From NCBI RefSeq assembly GCF_006345805.1, contig NC_043011.1:52712464-52776463 (forward strand): a DNA stretch of 64,000 bases, written 5' to 3'. This stretch comes from Octopus sinensis. Taxonomy: Eukaryota. Below, one piece after another: positions 25,501 through 37,662 of the stretch (position 1 is its first letter; each line of letters starts with the position of its first letter). Below the pieces are notes generated by a model, which saw only the letters and a program-made list of their open reading frames with translations, ran no database searches and was not told the DNA's origin. Position numbers and translations under genes: made by a program.

Positions 25501-27804
25501 CATAGGTTATAGGAACATAAACCTTCTTCCACGAAAAGATAGCTTAAACTGCTCTAAATGGAGGTGTAGTCAAATCCTATTTTATGGACTCAAAGTGTCA
25601 AGCAGTAAACAATCTCTGAAGAGAAAGGAGACTATTTGGAACTAAAAGAGTTGGCTAACTTGGTGTAAGATAAGAGATAGGAATATTTTGGATATTTTAT
25701 AAGAACACTACATGTAAAATCACAAGCAAAAGAAATATAAGAAAACAAATACAGTTTGTTCAGTCTTGCAACATGTTTTAAATGCATGGTATCAGAGATT
25801 GTTTAAAAAGCACTTTTTAGCTCTATATCAGAAAAGTAGATTATCACTGATTCTCTTCTGATTAGGATGATAAGATTGTGCAGTTTCATTGATTTATAAT
25901 GAAACTATAGCAGTTGTATGATTTTGAACTAAATTGAATTAGAAACTTGAATGAGACATCCATGTTTTTTTTTGACATTTGAGATATGGAACCATGTTTG
26001 GAACATGACATGGAAGAAAAACATTTTAGTGCAGTTTTGTGTTGTCTGGTTGATGGAACTCAATATTTTTTTTATTAAAGAATGACAATGCCAAAAGTTT
26101 TTTAAAAAAGTTCCTCCTCTAGAGTTATTCAATGCCATTCTAAAGGCCAAGTAGATGAAAAAGTTATAGATGTATGGCTAAGTATGGAAAAAAATGGTCT
26201 AGAACCCTTATAATCCTTTAGTATTTAAACCGGCCATATCCGGCCAAAATATTTAATCTGTTTTATGTTCAAACTGACCAGATCCAGGCCCTCACACCTA
26301 CCCTACAATGTTATTCTACATTAAGTAATTGCACCATCAAGATCTTGAAGATATGAGAAAATGCATGATTAATTCAAATCAATGGGAATCAATAGGCATT
26401 ATTATGTTTGATAGAATAATCTGAACACTAAAGGGTTAAAGGAATCTACAACCATTGAAACACACATTGAAAGATATGAAAAATATAGTAAGGCAATCAT
26501 TGCCTGTCATTTAACAATAATTCTTCAATCTCTTGATGTTGTTTTGAACAAAGCATTTCTGGATGAAGCTAGGAAGTGATGGATATCATTTCACAAAGTG
26601 GCAAAAACAAGAGATAATCTGCAAAAACTCTAACTTTGATACTGTTGCCACTTGAGTTTAAACTAGCGCGGATTGGTTTATGGTTCAAATGCACAAATAA
26701 CAAAAGACAGAGATAGGTTATGGAACAACAAAATGTGTTAGTTTGACACTCAGAAAAAATGGGAAAGTTTTTAAAGTTTTGAGCCTATGCTTTTTGACAG
26801 AAAGGATGAGTGAAAAGAAAATGGAGAGATGATAAAAAAAACATGTCTGGATTAAGAGTTTCACATGTGGTAAAACTGGATTGATTTTCCTGAACATTAA
26901 GTTTCCAAGACCTTTTGTATTTAAACCGGCCATATCCGGCCAAAATAGCTAATCTGTTTTATGTTCAAACTGACCAGATCCAGGCTCTCACACCTACCCT
27001 ACAATGTCATTCTACATTAAGTAATTACACCATCAAGATCTTGAAGATATGAGATAATACATGATTAATTCAAATCAATGGGAATCAATAAGCATTATGT
27101 TTGATAGAATAATCTGAACACTAAAGGGTTAAAAAACTGGCTTCAGTAATAAATTGTAAAGTATCCTGCTATGGTTTGATCAGAATGCAGATACAGACCC
27201 CAATGGAAATTTAGATGATGAAGAGAATAGACTCTGATGAAAAGTTAAATCTAGAATGGCTGGGATTGTTTGGAGAATCAGATGGTGAGACTTTTATGGG
27301 TTTTAAGTGATAAATTCATTTTATGGACAAGAAAGTTTTTAGCCTATGCTACAGTCTTTGCTCAATAGTTTTAACCAAATGTTATTAACCCTTTAGTGTT
27401 CAGATTATTCTGTCAAATGTGATGTTTGTTTATTTAAAATGGTTTGAATTAATCCTGCATTATCTTGTAGTTTAGCTATTTCAGTGATGTGATTTTTTAA
27501 GTTTTAGAATGACATGGTAGGGCTGAGGTGAGAGGTGAGATCTGGTCAGTTTCAATATAAAACAGGTTAAATATTTTGGCCGGATATGGCCGGTTTGAAT
27601 GCTAAAGGGTTAAGCAAAACTATGTATCATGGGCTGCTTAAGAACTTGTTTCAATTCCTTTTAGTGTTTTAACTTTGCAGCAAAATAACATTCATTTCTT
27701 AAGAAAATATCACTAAAATGGCTGTAGTGTTGAGGTAGATTGAATTATGCAAGAGGATGAAACATGTTTCTTGTTTTTAGTTACAAAAACTGAAGGTCAC
27801 ATTA

Positions 27805-27992
27805 CAAGGGTCGACTGAAAAGTTCATAGTGATGGAATCTGACCAAATGAGATTTATTTTTCTTCATAGCCCTCCTTGTGGCCCATACACTTCCTCTATG
27901 TATTGCAGTGCTTGGATCCCATTAGTGAAGAGGTTTTCATCATGTTGGTCAAAAGAGTCATCAATAGCAGATATGATGCTGTCATCACTGTG
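27805..27992 (-). mobile_element. mariner 3' end remnant (second subfamily)
   Basis: TACAAGGGTCGACTGAAAAGTTCATAG TIR-like end. Minus strand SDDSIISAIDDSFDQHDENLFTNGIQALQY/RKCMGHKEGYEEK* resembles a mariner C-terminus. Confidence 0.65.
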
Positions 27993-28009
27993 ATACTGGT
28001 TCCCAGCCA

Positions 28010-28046
<37 letters not shown>

Positions 28047-28053
28047 GTGTGTG

Positions 28054-28352
28054 GAGGCGCAATGGCCTAGTGATTAGGGCAGCAGACTCGCTGTCGGAGG
28101 ATCGCGGTTTCGATTCCCAGACCGGGCGTTGTGAGTGTTTATTGAGCAAAAACACCTAAAACTCCACGAGGCTCCGGCAGGGGGTGGTGGCAATCCCTGC
28201 TGTACTCTTTCAACACAACTTTCTCTCACTCTTTCTTCTGTTGGCCTGCTCGCTTAGCCAGCGGGGTGGTGTCATTTCAAGGCTAAAACAATGCGAAGCA
28301 CATTGTGACCAGCGATGTGTAACAACATCTGATAGCCTGGTCGGTCACGGTG
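28054..28352 (+). mobile_element. tRNA-derived SINE, family with GGAGGCGCAATGGCCCAGTGGTTAGGGC head
   Basis: A box TGGCCTAGTG and B box GGTTTCGATTCCC. Homologous copies at 43736-43990 and 45334-45720. Confidence 0.8.
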
Positions 28353-28476
28353 ATATATATATATATACACACACACACAAATGTATTATGAGTCCAACAG
28401 CCGTTTCTGGGGGCTCAGCAATCCATAATAATACCTTTATTCCACCCCTTTATATATAAATGTATGTGCATGTGTG

Positions 28477-28810
28477 AAGGCGCATGGCTTAGTGGTTAGA
28501 GCATCGAGCTTACAATCGTGAGGTTGTGAGTTCGATTCCCGGTCCGGGCTGCGTGTTGTGTTCTTGAGCAAGACACTTTATTTCATGTTGCTCCATGTTC
28601 ACTCAGCTGTAGAAATGGGTTGCAACTTCACTGGTACCAAGCTGTATCGACCTTTGCCTTTTCCTTGGATAACATCGGTGGTGTGGAGAGGGGAGACTGG
28701 TATACATGGGCGACTGCTAGCACTCCTTAAACAACCTTGCCCGGACTTTTGCCTTGGAGGATAACTTTCTCGGTGCAATTTCATGGTCATTCATGACTGA
28801 AGGGGGTCTC
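28477..28810 (+). mobile_element. tRNA-derived SINE, family with GCATGGCTTAGTGGTTAG head and TTCTTGAGCAAGACAC core
   Basis: A/B boxes present. Related copies near 23636, 34295, 47300 and 56238. Confidence 0.75.
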
Positions 28811-29640
28811 CTTCTGACAAGTTGAAATACTTTGTTGATTTAAAGAGGAAAATGTAATAAGTGCAGGCAACTATATTTATGTTATGTATGCGGATGTCAT
28901 TTGAATTGAAAACATCAGAAAAATTTTTGTGACACCTCTCTTTTCTTTTTCTTTTTTTTTCTCTTTTTTTTCATTCTTCCATACAGGCTTTTTTTTTTTC
29001 AATTTTCCCCACTAACTTCCTCTTTCATTTTCTGCCTGTTGACTCATTCTCTAAAATGAAGGAGAAGACAAGACAAGGAAAGAAAAGTATGTCACAGACA
29101 GCCTTTTTGTTTGTTAGTAATGAAGACAAGGAAAAAAGTGACTAGTTTGCAAGATCAAAGAAAACAACCCAAATATAAATAAGGCTCCCATGGAGAATAG
29201 GGGTGCCGTTGGTGACCTTAACATTCAACGAGAGATTACCAGATTACCGAACTCTTTCATTTTACATATGTGTGTCTAAGCTCGAACTTCTGTGTGTTGT
29301 GGGTAATCTTTCAGACAACATGTGTGTGTGTGTGTGTTATTTGTTGACATGCATACTGGTTTGTGTTCATGGGTAGGTGTGAGCTGCAGACAGATGTACA
29401 TAACACTGAATAAGTGGGTGTTTGTATATGGTGTAAGCTGTTGACATGGATATAGGTCTGCATTTGTATGTGGAATGTTATCTGTTCTCTTTCCCACACT
29501 CCCCGTTTCTCTCTTCTTCATTTATCCTCTTTATTCTCCTCTAAGTTGTCCACTGAAAGACGTAACTGCATCCACTTTCTGTCTCTATACGCTTTTTTTC
29601 TTTGCAGCTTGACAACATACTGATGTAAATTTATTATAGA

Positions 29641-30041
29641 CTAGCAGTATCGCCCGGCGTTGCTCGGGTTTGTAAGGGAAATAACTAATATAAGCATTTT
29701 TAGAGAGTTATAGCCAAAAAATAGCAAAAAAATGCATTAAAAATGGGGAAAAAATGATGGTAAATTTTTTTTTTAAATCGTTGACTCATCGTAGACATTT
29801 TTAGAGAGTTACTTCCCTTATATAATAGCGAAAAAATGCATTAAAATGGGGAAAAAAATGATGGTAAATTTTTTTTAAATCGTAGACTCATCGTAGACAC
29901 GTGCTAATACCCAGAAGGGCTTGATATGAATCACGACTATAAGATACCCGGTTTTGGTTAAACTGCACTGCAAAATGTGGGAGTAGATAGGAATCTAAAT
30001 CGTAGGAGACAGACACACAACTTGACTTTTATATATAAAGA
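29641..30041 (-). mobile_element. Complete non-autonomous Helitron (401 bp) with an internal ~101-bp tandem duplication
   Basis: Minus strand: 5' TC after A, 3' CTAG before T, and a subterminal hairpin CCCGAGCAACGCCGGG about 10 nt from the 3' end. Internal units start at 29695 and 29796. Confidence 0.88.
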
Positions 30042-32743
30042 TATACTACATGGATAACTATTATAAACATTCCTCGTTGGCCAGCTGTCTGTTTATATTT
30101 TCCAAGTAATTCAAGCTTGTTGTCATTCTAGAATACGAAACCCAGCACTTTTGTTGTAGCAATGCTTTTAAATTTCGTAAAAAATACTGCTTGTTGCAAT
30201 GTTGATGTAAGCCATGTTTGTATATATGAATGGGTAATTGGATCAGTGTGTGTGTGTGCGTGAGTTGGGTCAAGTTGAAGTTTTAGAAACTGCACAGATT
30301 TATAAGCCTAATAGGCTTAAACTTACTCGAATGACTCATCACTTGCTTTGGGGAAAAAATTCCCCTGAAGCTTTCATCGGTCACTGAACTTCTTGACAGC
30401 ATTGCAGAGATTGTTTGATAACTTCCTGTTGTAATATCTTTTCACATCTGTTTTATAAGGGAAACAAATAACAATTATTATCACCTTGCAGTACTACAGT
30501 GTCTAATTACATAGGTGAGGCAATGAGGGTCTACATGGTCACCAGACCTGCAAATAACTGCAACTTAATCTCCCAATTTCACCATACTTCTTTTACAAAA
30601 AAAAAAACACTTTATGTGGGATATGAAGCTTAAAAAAAGTACAGGATGGCTATGGCTGGAATGCCTTTGATCATATGTCTTCTTGATCAAGGCTTACCTT
30701 GAGCTAAATAATAGCAACAGACCAAGCAAAGGAACACACAGTTGAATCAGTTGCTGTTCCTAGCACTTGACTATACTTATTTTATTTACTTTCAAAGGAT
30801 GAAAGACCAAAGTTGCTTTCTGTGGAATTTGAATTCAGAATGCAAAGGGACACATAAATACCAAAAAATATTTGTTCTACACTGTACCGCCACTGCCAAT
30901 CTACTGACCTCTACTATTAATATATTGGTTTCAAATTTGGCACAAGACCAGCAATATCAGCGGAGTGGGTAGGTCAGTTACATTGACCCCAGTTCTCAAC
31001 TGGTACTTATTTTTTCATCCCCAGAACGATGAAAGATAAAGTCAACCTGACTGGCATTTGAACCTGGAACGTAAAGAAAGACAAAATACTGCCAAGCATT
31101 TTGCCTGGCATGCTAACGATTCTGCTAGCTCACTGCCTTCTCTACTATTAATATATTAATCTCTAAAAGTTCTTTTAAAATTTCAAGATGTCCTTGATAG
31201 TGTGTGTTTCATTTTTTTGTTTTGTTTTGTTTGTGCATTAGCATGCACAAAGCTGCCACATGTGTAACATGTTGATAACATGTATAAGCAGAAAGTAAAA
31301 TTTGTTGTAGTTCGTCCTATGAATCTTTATCAAGCTGTTTTAAGATTCCATTTTTCGATATTGTCATGAGTAAGACAGGTGTGCAAAACATTATTTCTCT
31401 ATGTATGCCACCTTATTTCTGAGACACACTTACCCAATATCCTCTACAGGTAAACTCCTCAATGTACTTCATCCACCGCACCTGTTTACTTTTAAGATTT
31501 AGCCAGGAGGAAGGGCAATATTGAGGGTCTTCACAGATCTCTTTGATCACCTCTGACTGGTTGTGTGCATACACAATCTCATCATCATCATCATGATCCA
31601 CCAGAAGCAGTGTACACACATAGTGGTTGTCATCAGTAGCAACAATATGCATAAGGTCAGACACATGCATACACACACACACAAGTACATTCATATGCAG
31701 ACTGTTTGCAATGAAAAATAACTGATTAATAAATTAATAGCATTTTATTTAATACTATATTAATTGGACTATCTGCCAAGATTGCAGCATTATGTATACA
31801 AACTGGTCTATCCAATTTACTTCCACCCTTAGAATGAATATTGGGTTTATGAACAGTGTCTCCATGGACAGTTAAAGAGGGAGACTCAGGTCCCATCTTT
31901 AATTAGCCTATCTAAAAACTAGTCCAGCTGATCTCTTTTTTCCTCTCCACAAAGATATTGAATTTAGAAACAAGGTGTTTATGTCTGACAGTACACAGTG
32001 TAAGCTAAAAATCTATTGATACTTTTTGTTTTTTAGTACATTCTTTATGCACTACAATTTCTTAATTGCACTAACTGCCAAGAATGTGTGTTATAAATAC
32101 AAACCAAGTCAAGAAGCATGGACAGTTAAAGATGAAAATAAACTAGCTGCTTCATTTTTCTGTCTACAAGGATGGTTACATCTGTTTTATACATAATGCC
32201 AGCTAAAAAAAAAATCTGCAGATATATTGCAGTACATTGTCTTTATCATTTAACCCTTTAGTGTTTAAACCGGCCATATCTGGCCCAGATATTCTACATG
32301 TTTTATATTCAAACTGGTGATATCTAGCCTCTTACACCTACCCGACAATGTCATTCTAAATATAAACAATCACATCATTGAAACCTCAAAGATATAAGAT
32401 AATGCATGATTAATTCAAAACATTTGAGTGGAAAAGTATTACATTTAACAGAGTAATCTGAACACTAAAGGGTTAAGGTCTTCTTTCCATGCTGACCTGT
32501 GTCGGACAGATTGGTGGGATCCAGTGAGTTGTAGGGCTGTGCCAAACCTCAGTGTCAGCTTTGGTATGTTTTCTATGGTTTGATGCCCTTCATAATGCCA
32601 CCTGCTTTACAATGTATACTTAGTGCTTTTTTTTTGTGTGTGACACCTGCACTCTTGAGGTTGCCAAATAACTTGCTAAACAAAAAAAAAGAACGGAAAA
32701 AGGTAATGGAAAATGTTCCCACTACTAAGTGTGTAGGAGTATT

Positions 32744-33035
32744 TGAGAGTGGGAGGTTACAGTATTTGCAAGTGGAAGGGGACAATTTTTGAGAATAAGA
32801 GGTAGCAGTATTTAAGAGGGGGAGGAAACAGTATTTGAGTGTTGGGGGTAACAGTATTTGAGAGTAGGAGGAAACAGTATTTGAGTGTTGGGGGTAACAG
32901 TATTTGAGTGTTGGAGGTAACAGTATTTGAGAGTAGGAGGTAACAGTATTTGAGTGTTGGAGGTAACAGTATTTGAGAGTTCGAGGTAACAGTATTTGAG
33001 TGTTGGAGGTAACAGTATTTGAAGGTAGGAGGTGA
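32744..33035. repeat. 23-bp minisatellite (GGAGGTAACAGTATTTGAGTGTT consensus), about 12 copies
   Basis: AACAGTATTTG recurs every 23 bp (for example 32827 and 32850); embedded in RTE-related sequence. Confidence 0.92.
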
Positions 33036-34870
33036 TTGAGTACTTGCGGGTGGGAGGTGGCTTTTACCAAGTATTGAAAGACTAAAGTATGATAGAGACA
33101 CAAGCATATGTGTCTTGGTATAGAGGAGATACATGGTGACCACTTTATATAGAGGTAGGTGAGAGATGTTTGGAAAAAGATAAAGAAGATAGTGATGGCG
33201 TGCCAAATATTTTATGGTGTATGTAGTTGCTTGCTTGGTGGAATACTAGACCCTTTCCTCCATTATCAACAGATTATGGTAGTCACAGCTACAGAGGAAT
33301 TAACACAACTGCATGACTATAGTCAGCTTGTACTGATATGAAAATGTTAGATTTGGTAGGGGATAAGTAGGAGATAAGTAGCTTTTATCAGGTTATCTGA
33401 TTAAGATTTACAGGATGACCAATACTGCATTGTTGTATATTATAGTAGTTGTGAATGTTGTCCAAGTACTAACAGTGGGACCTCAGGTTAAATAACAAAT
33501 AGCATTTAGTTACAACCCTTTATGTGTTAAGTTCAAATCACTCTGCAAGTCGATTGTCTTTCAACACTCTGAGGTCCATAAATGACTTGTCAGCCAAGTA
33601 CCAAAGTTGATTAAGTAGATTCTACAGCTCTAAGTATTAATAATTATCACAAGTGTGGCTGTGTGGTAAGAATGTTTGCTTCCCATCCATGTAGTTTTTG
33701 GGTTCGGTCCCACTGCATGGCACCTTGGGCAAGTGTCTTCCATTATAGCCCTAGGCTGACCAAAGCTCTGTGAATGGACTTAATAGGCAGAAACTGAAAC
33801 AAGTCTCTCATGTGTGTGTGTGCCCTATCACTGCTTGATAACCAATGTTGGTTTGTTTACGTCCCCATAATGTAAAAAAAAAATAACTGATAGAATAAGT
33901 ACCAGACTTATGAATAAGTACTAGTGTTGATTTGTTTGACTAAACCTTCAAGGCGGTGTCCCAGCAATGCTTCAGTCCAGTCAGTTGTAAGTGGGAAGGT
34001 AGCAGAACGGCAAAAATAGCAGAGTTAAGTCCCTTGAACTTCTCTGTTCAAATTCAACCAGAATTATTCTTTACGGTTCACTTTTCAAGGATTGCGACTC
34101 ACACAAGCATGAAAATAGCTTAAAATGATGACGATGATGGTAATAAAATATGTACCTGACCTGTGGTGTACTGGTTTCATTCAATTGATTTTACCCCCTC
34201 TCCTTTACAAATATATAACTTGTTTGTGCGTAATCAATATTTTTTGTCTTTTGCTTGTTTCAGTCATTGGACTGTGACGATATTGGGGCATGAGTGGAGG
34301 TGCATGGCTTAGTGGTTAAGGTGTTGGACTCATGATTCATAAGATTATGGTTTCAATTCTTGGACCAAGTGACGCATTGTGTTCTTGAGCAAAACACTTC
34401 ATTTCATGTTTACTCCAGTCCACTCAGCTGGCAAAAATGAGTGACCCTGCTACGGAGCAGCATCCTGTCCAGGTGGGGAATATATGCGCCATGGAAACTG
34501 GGAAACCAGGCGTTATGAGTTGGTATGAGTCATGAAAGAAGCTTTTTCTTATCTTTTTCTGCTGGGGCCTTTCCACAAAGGGTTGAGTTGGACAAATCTA
34601 TCTAAGTATTTCTTTTTTAAAAGTCTTTTACTAATTCTATCAGTTTTTTGTTGAACCACTAAATTATAAGGACTTACCTCCTTAGTATTTGGATCACTCT
34701 GTCAAAAAATATAATTCTTATTCATATCATTTTGAATTAATCCTACATTATCTGGTAGCTTTGTAACTTCAATGGTGTGTTTAGTTTGAGAATGACATTG
34801 TAAGGGGCTGAATCTAACCAGTTTGAACATGAAACAGCTGGAATATTTGAACTGGATATGGCTGGTTTAA

Positions 34871-35088
34871 CCCTTTCGTTACCAACCCGGCTGAAACCGG
34901 CTCTGGCTCTGAGTACAAATGTCTTGTTTTCATAAGTTTTGAATTAATATCTTCCACCAAACCTTAGTCACAATTTATGTTCCTAACACTAGCTTAATGA
35001 TAAGTAAGTTATTTTACTAAAGTATTTGTTATATTTAAAGTAATTGAAAGAAACACAGCATCTCAAAATAAATACAGTAACGAAAGGG
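34871..35088. mobile_element. MITE family B nested in a MITE family A copy
   Basis: 12-bp TIR CCCTTTCGTTAC/GTAACGAAAGGG with TTAA TSD. The host sequence resumes on the other side. Confidence 0.9.
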
Positions 35089-36122
35089 TTAAACACTGAA
35101 GGATTAAACAAACCAAGACTGGTTGTCAAGGGTCACACACATACACACACCATTTCTGTTTACCAAATTCACTCTCAAGGTATTTGTTAGGGCAGGGCTA
35201 AAGAAGAAGACTCAGCCATACCTGCAAATATTAATTTTTTTTCAAACTCTTAGACATTGCCACTGCATTAGAGAATTATTGTTAGCAGAGTCATTAAAAT
35301 GCTGCTCTATCATCAGAAACTGTGGTTCTCAACCTTTTCTTAACCTGTGGACCCCTTTCATCTCTGTTTTATTCCGGTGGACCCTGACTGCCATTCGATG
35401 TTTCAAAACTAGTTTTATAGATACTTTCAAAAATTCCTATTTTTGTTTTTCACACATTAACTTGCAGAGGTTGAACTATGTAAGATATTAGAGAAAGAAA
35501 CCTAACTGTTTCTGGTACTAAATACATCCAAAGTAATATTTTCCCATGGACTTTTAAAATACTATTGTGGATCCGCAAATTACTATTTTGCTGGCGTGTG
35601 GATTCCTTAAAATCTTATATGGACCCTGGTTATGAACCATCAGTCTAAAGAGTGTTTATGTGCTCAGAAGTTCCATCAGCCCTGTTGGTTCCAGGCAATG
35701 TATGAAGATGCTTCTCCACAAAACGTAAAAATAAATAGACTTATTCTGAATAATTTATTGCAATACAAACAGTATTAATATCAAAAATCAATCTCAATTT
35801 CCAGCTAAGCGTGGAGGTTGGGTTAGAACACAGAATACTGCATTATGCACCATGAGTCCTTATGAGAGGCTCGCTCATAAGGGCTCATGGTGCACAAGAA
35901 CACTCATCACAATATCATTGACAGAAGAGACTCATCTGCTACAGCCACCAGAAATGCTAGATCACATAATTTCACTCTGCTATGAGTTCTTCAGTGACAG
36001 ATGTCCAACAGCAACATAACAGCTGAATCTCCTATCAAAGATATATAGAATATCAGTGTCTATTCAGGTATTAAAAAATAATCAATGTCAACAGAAGCAG
36101 TATTAATACCAAAAAGGTAATC

Positions 36123-36486
36123 TTGATCTCCAACTTAATGTGGAATTTGTGTTAGAACATAGACTACTGTATTATTTACTTTGAGAGAAACTCTCATAAG
36201 GACTCATGGTGTAGAAAAGCACTTATCATATCATCAACAAATCAGAATCATCTGCTATGGCTACTACGACTGCCAGGACAGGAGATTTGGCTGTTATGCC
36301 ACTGCTGGATGTCTGTCACTGAGGAATCCATAGCAGGGTGAAATCATGGGATCTGGCAGTTCCAGAGGCTGTCAGTGGTATAGCGACAAGTGCTTTTATG
36401 CATGAGTCTTTATGAGAGATTCTCTCAAGGTAAATAACATAGTATTTTGTGTTCTAACATAAGCTCTACATTAAGCTGGAGATCAA
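36123..36486. repeat. Foldback element with ~105-bp diverged inverted arms
   Basis: 36123-36227 versus the reverse complement of 36385-36486. A related direct copy lies at about 35765-35960. Confidence 0.7.
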
Positions 36487-37592
36487 AACCTATTCTACTT
36501 TCTAAATTCACCCAACCACTAACAAAATTAATCACAAGTGCAGGAGTGGCTGTGTGGTGAGTAGCTTGCTTACCAACCACATAGTTCTGGGTTCAGTTCC
36601 ACTGTGTGGCACCTTGGGCAAGTGTCTTCTACTATAGCCTCAGGCCAACCAAAGCCTTGTGAGTGAATTTGGTAGACGGAAATTGAAAGAAGCTTGTTTT
36701 AAAGTGATTAAATCAAAACCTTTCACCAAAATTTCATAATAATATTCCAGGCATCGAAGGCGGTGAGCTGGCAGAATTGTTACTGCACCAGACAAACTAC
36801 TTAACAGCACTTTATCTGTTTTTATGTTCCAAGTTCAAATTCTACCAAGGTCGACTTTGCCTTTCATCTTTTAAGGGTCAGTAAAATAAGTACCAGTTCA
36901 GCACAGGAATTGATGTAATTGACTTGCCCCTCCTCAGAAACCGCTGGCCTTGTGCCAAAATTTGAAACCAGTGTTCTAGACACTAGGTTAATAGTGTATT
37001 TCAACAGAAGTATGTTGACCAAAGGATTAACCCTTTCGTTACCAACCCGGCTGAAACCAGCTCTGGTTCTGAGTACAAATGTCTTGTTTGCATAAGTTTT
37101 GAATTAAAATCTCCCACCAAACCTTAGTCACGATTTATGTCCCTAACACTAGCTGAATGATAACTAAGTTATTTTACTGAATTCTTTGTTATATTTAAAG
37201 TAATTGAAAGAAACACAGAACATCTCAAAATAACGAAAGGGCTAACTGGTTTTAGATAGGGCTTGAGAACAGGTGCTGACTTATTTCGTTAATCTCAGTG
37301 CCCATCATGTGATACTTCAATGTTTTGTCCTTCCAAGTCATGTTATAGTGATATCAATTATATCACTATAGTGATATAATAGTTATAGTGATATCAATTA
37401 TTTTACATTGTCTTTCTTGCCACTTGCTACAATACTTGGTGTCTTCCATACAATTACATAGGATGATGAAAATCTAAAAGATTTTAATGTCATTACTCAA
37501 TTATTCTTGGAGGTTTGTGTACTTAGCATTTCTGAATTATTTCTACATTATTCTTGTTGTTCTTATTGTTCTTATCTGTTTGTTTATTCCAG

Positions 37593-37662
37593 ATTCGTTT
37601 GGTTGTTGAAGAAGGTCTTAACCAACTTCCTTACCAAAAATTTACAGTAACCACCCCCACAG
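37593..37662 (+). CDS. UPRT: UPRT homolog, coding exon (70 bp): IRLVVEEGLNQLPYQKFTVTTPT
   Basis: Acceptor ttattccag, donor gtaaat. Contains IRLVVEEGLNQLPY as in animal UPRT; ends in phase 1. Confidence 0.96.

Noticed and set aside
28054-28130. tRNA-like sequences at SINE heads (also 43736, 45334, 28477, 56238)
   Set aside because: They continue straight into SINE bodies and lack a closed acceptor stem, so they are not tRNA genes.
31430-31456. AG|GT motifs that could be recursive splice sites (CTCTACAG|GTAAAC; also CTAACAG|GTAATA near 13301)
   Set aside because: Polypyrimidine tracts are short and donors non-consensus; expected by chance in tens of kb of intron.
32573-33206. 176-aa and 149-aa ORFs with repeated SNTVTSNTQILLPPTLKYC
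   Set aside because: Translation of the 23-bp minisatellite (three units = 23 codons), which happens to lack stops on that strand.
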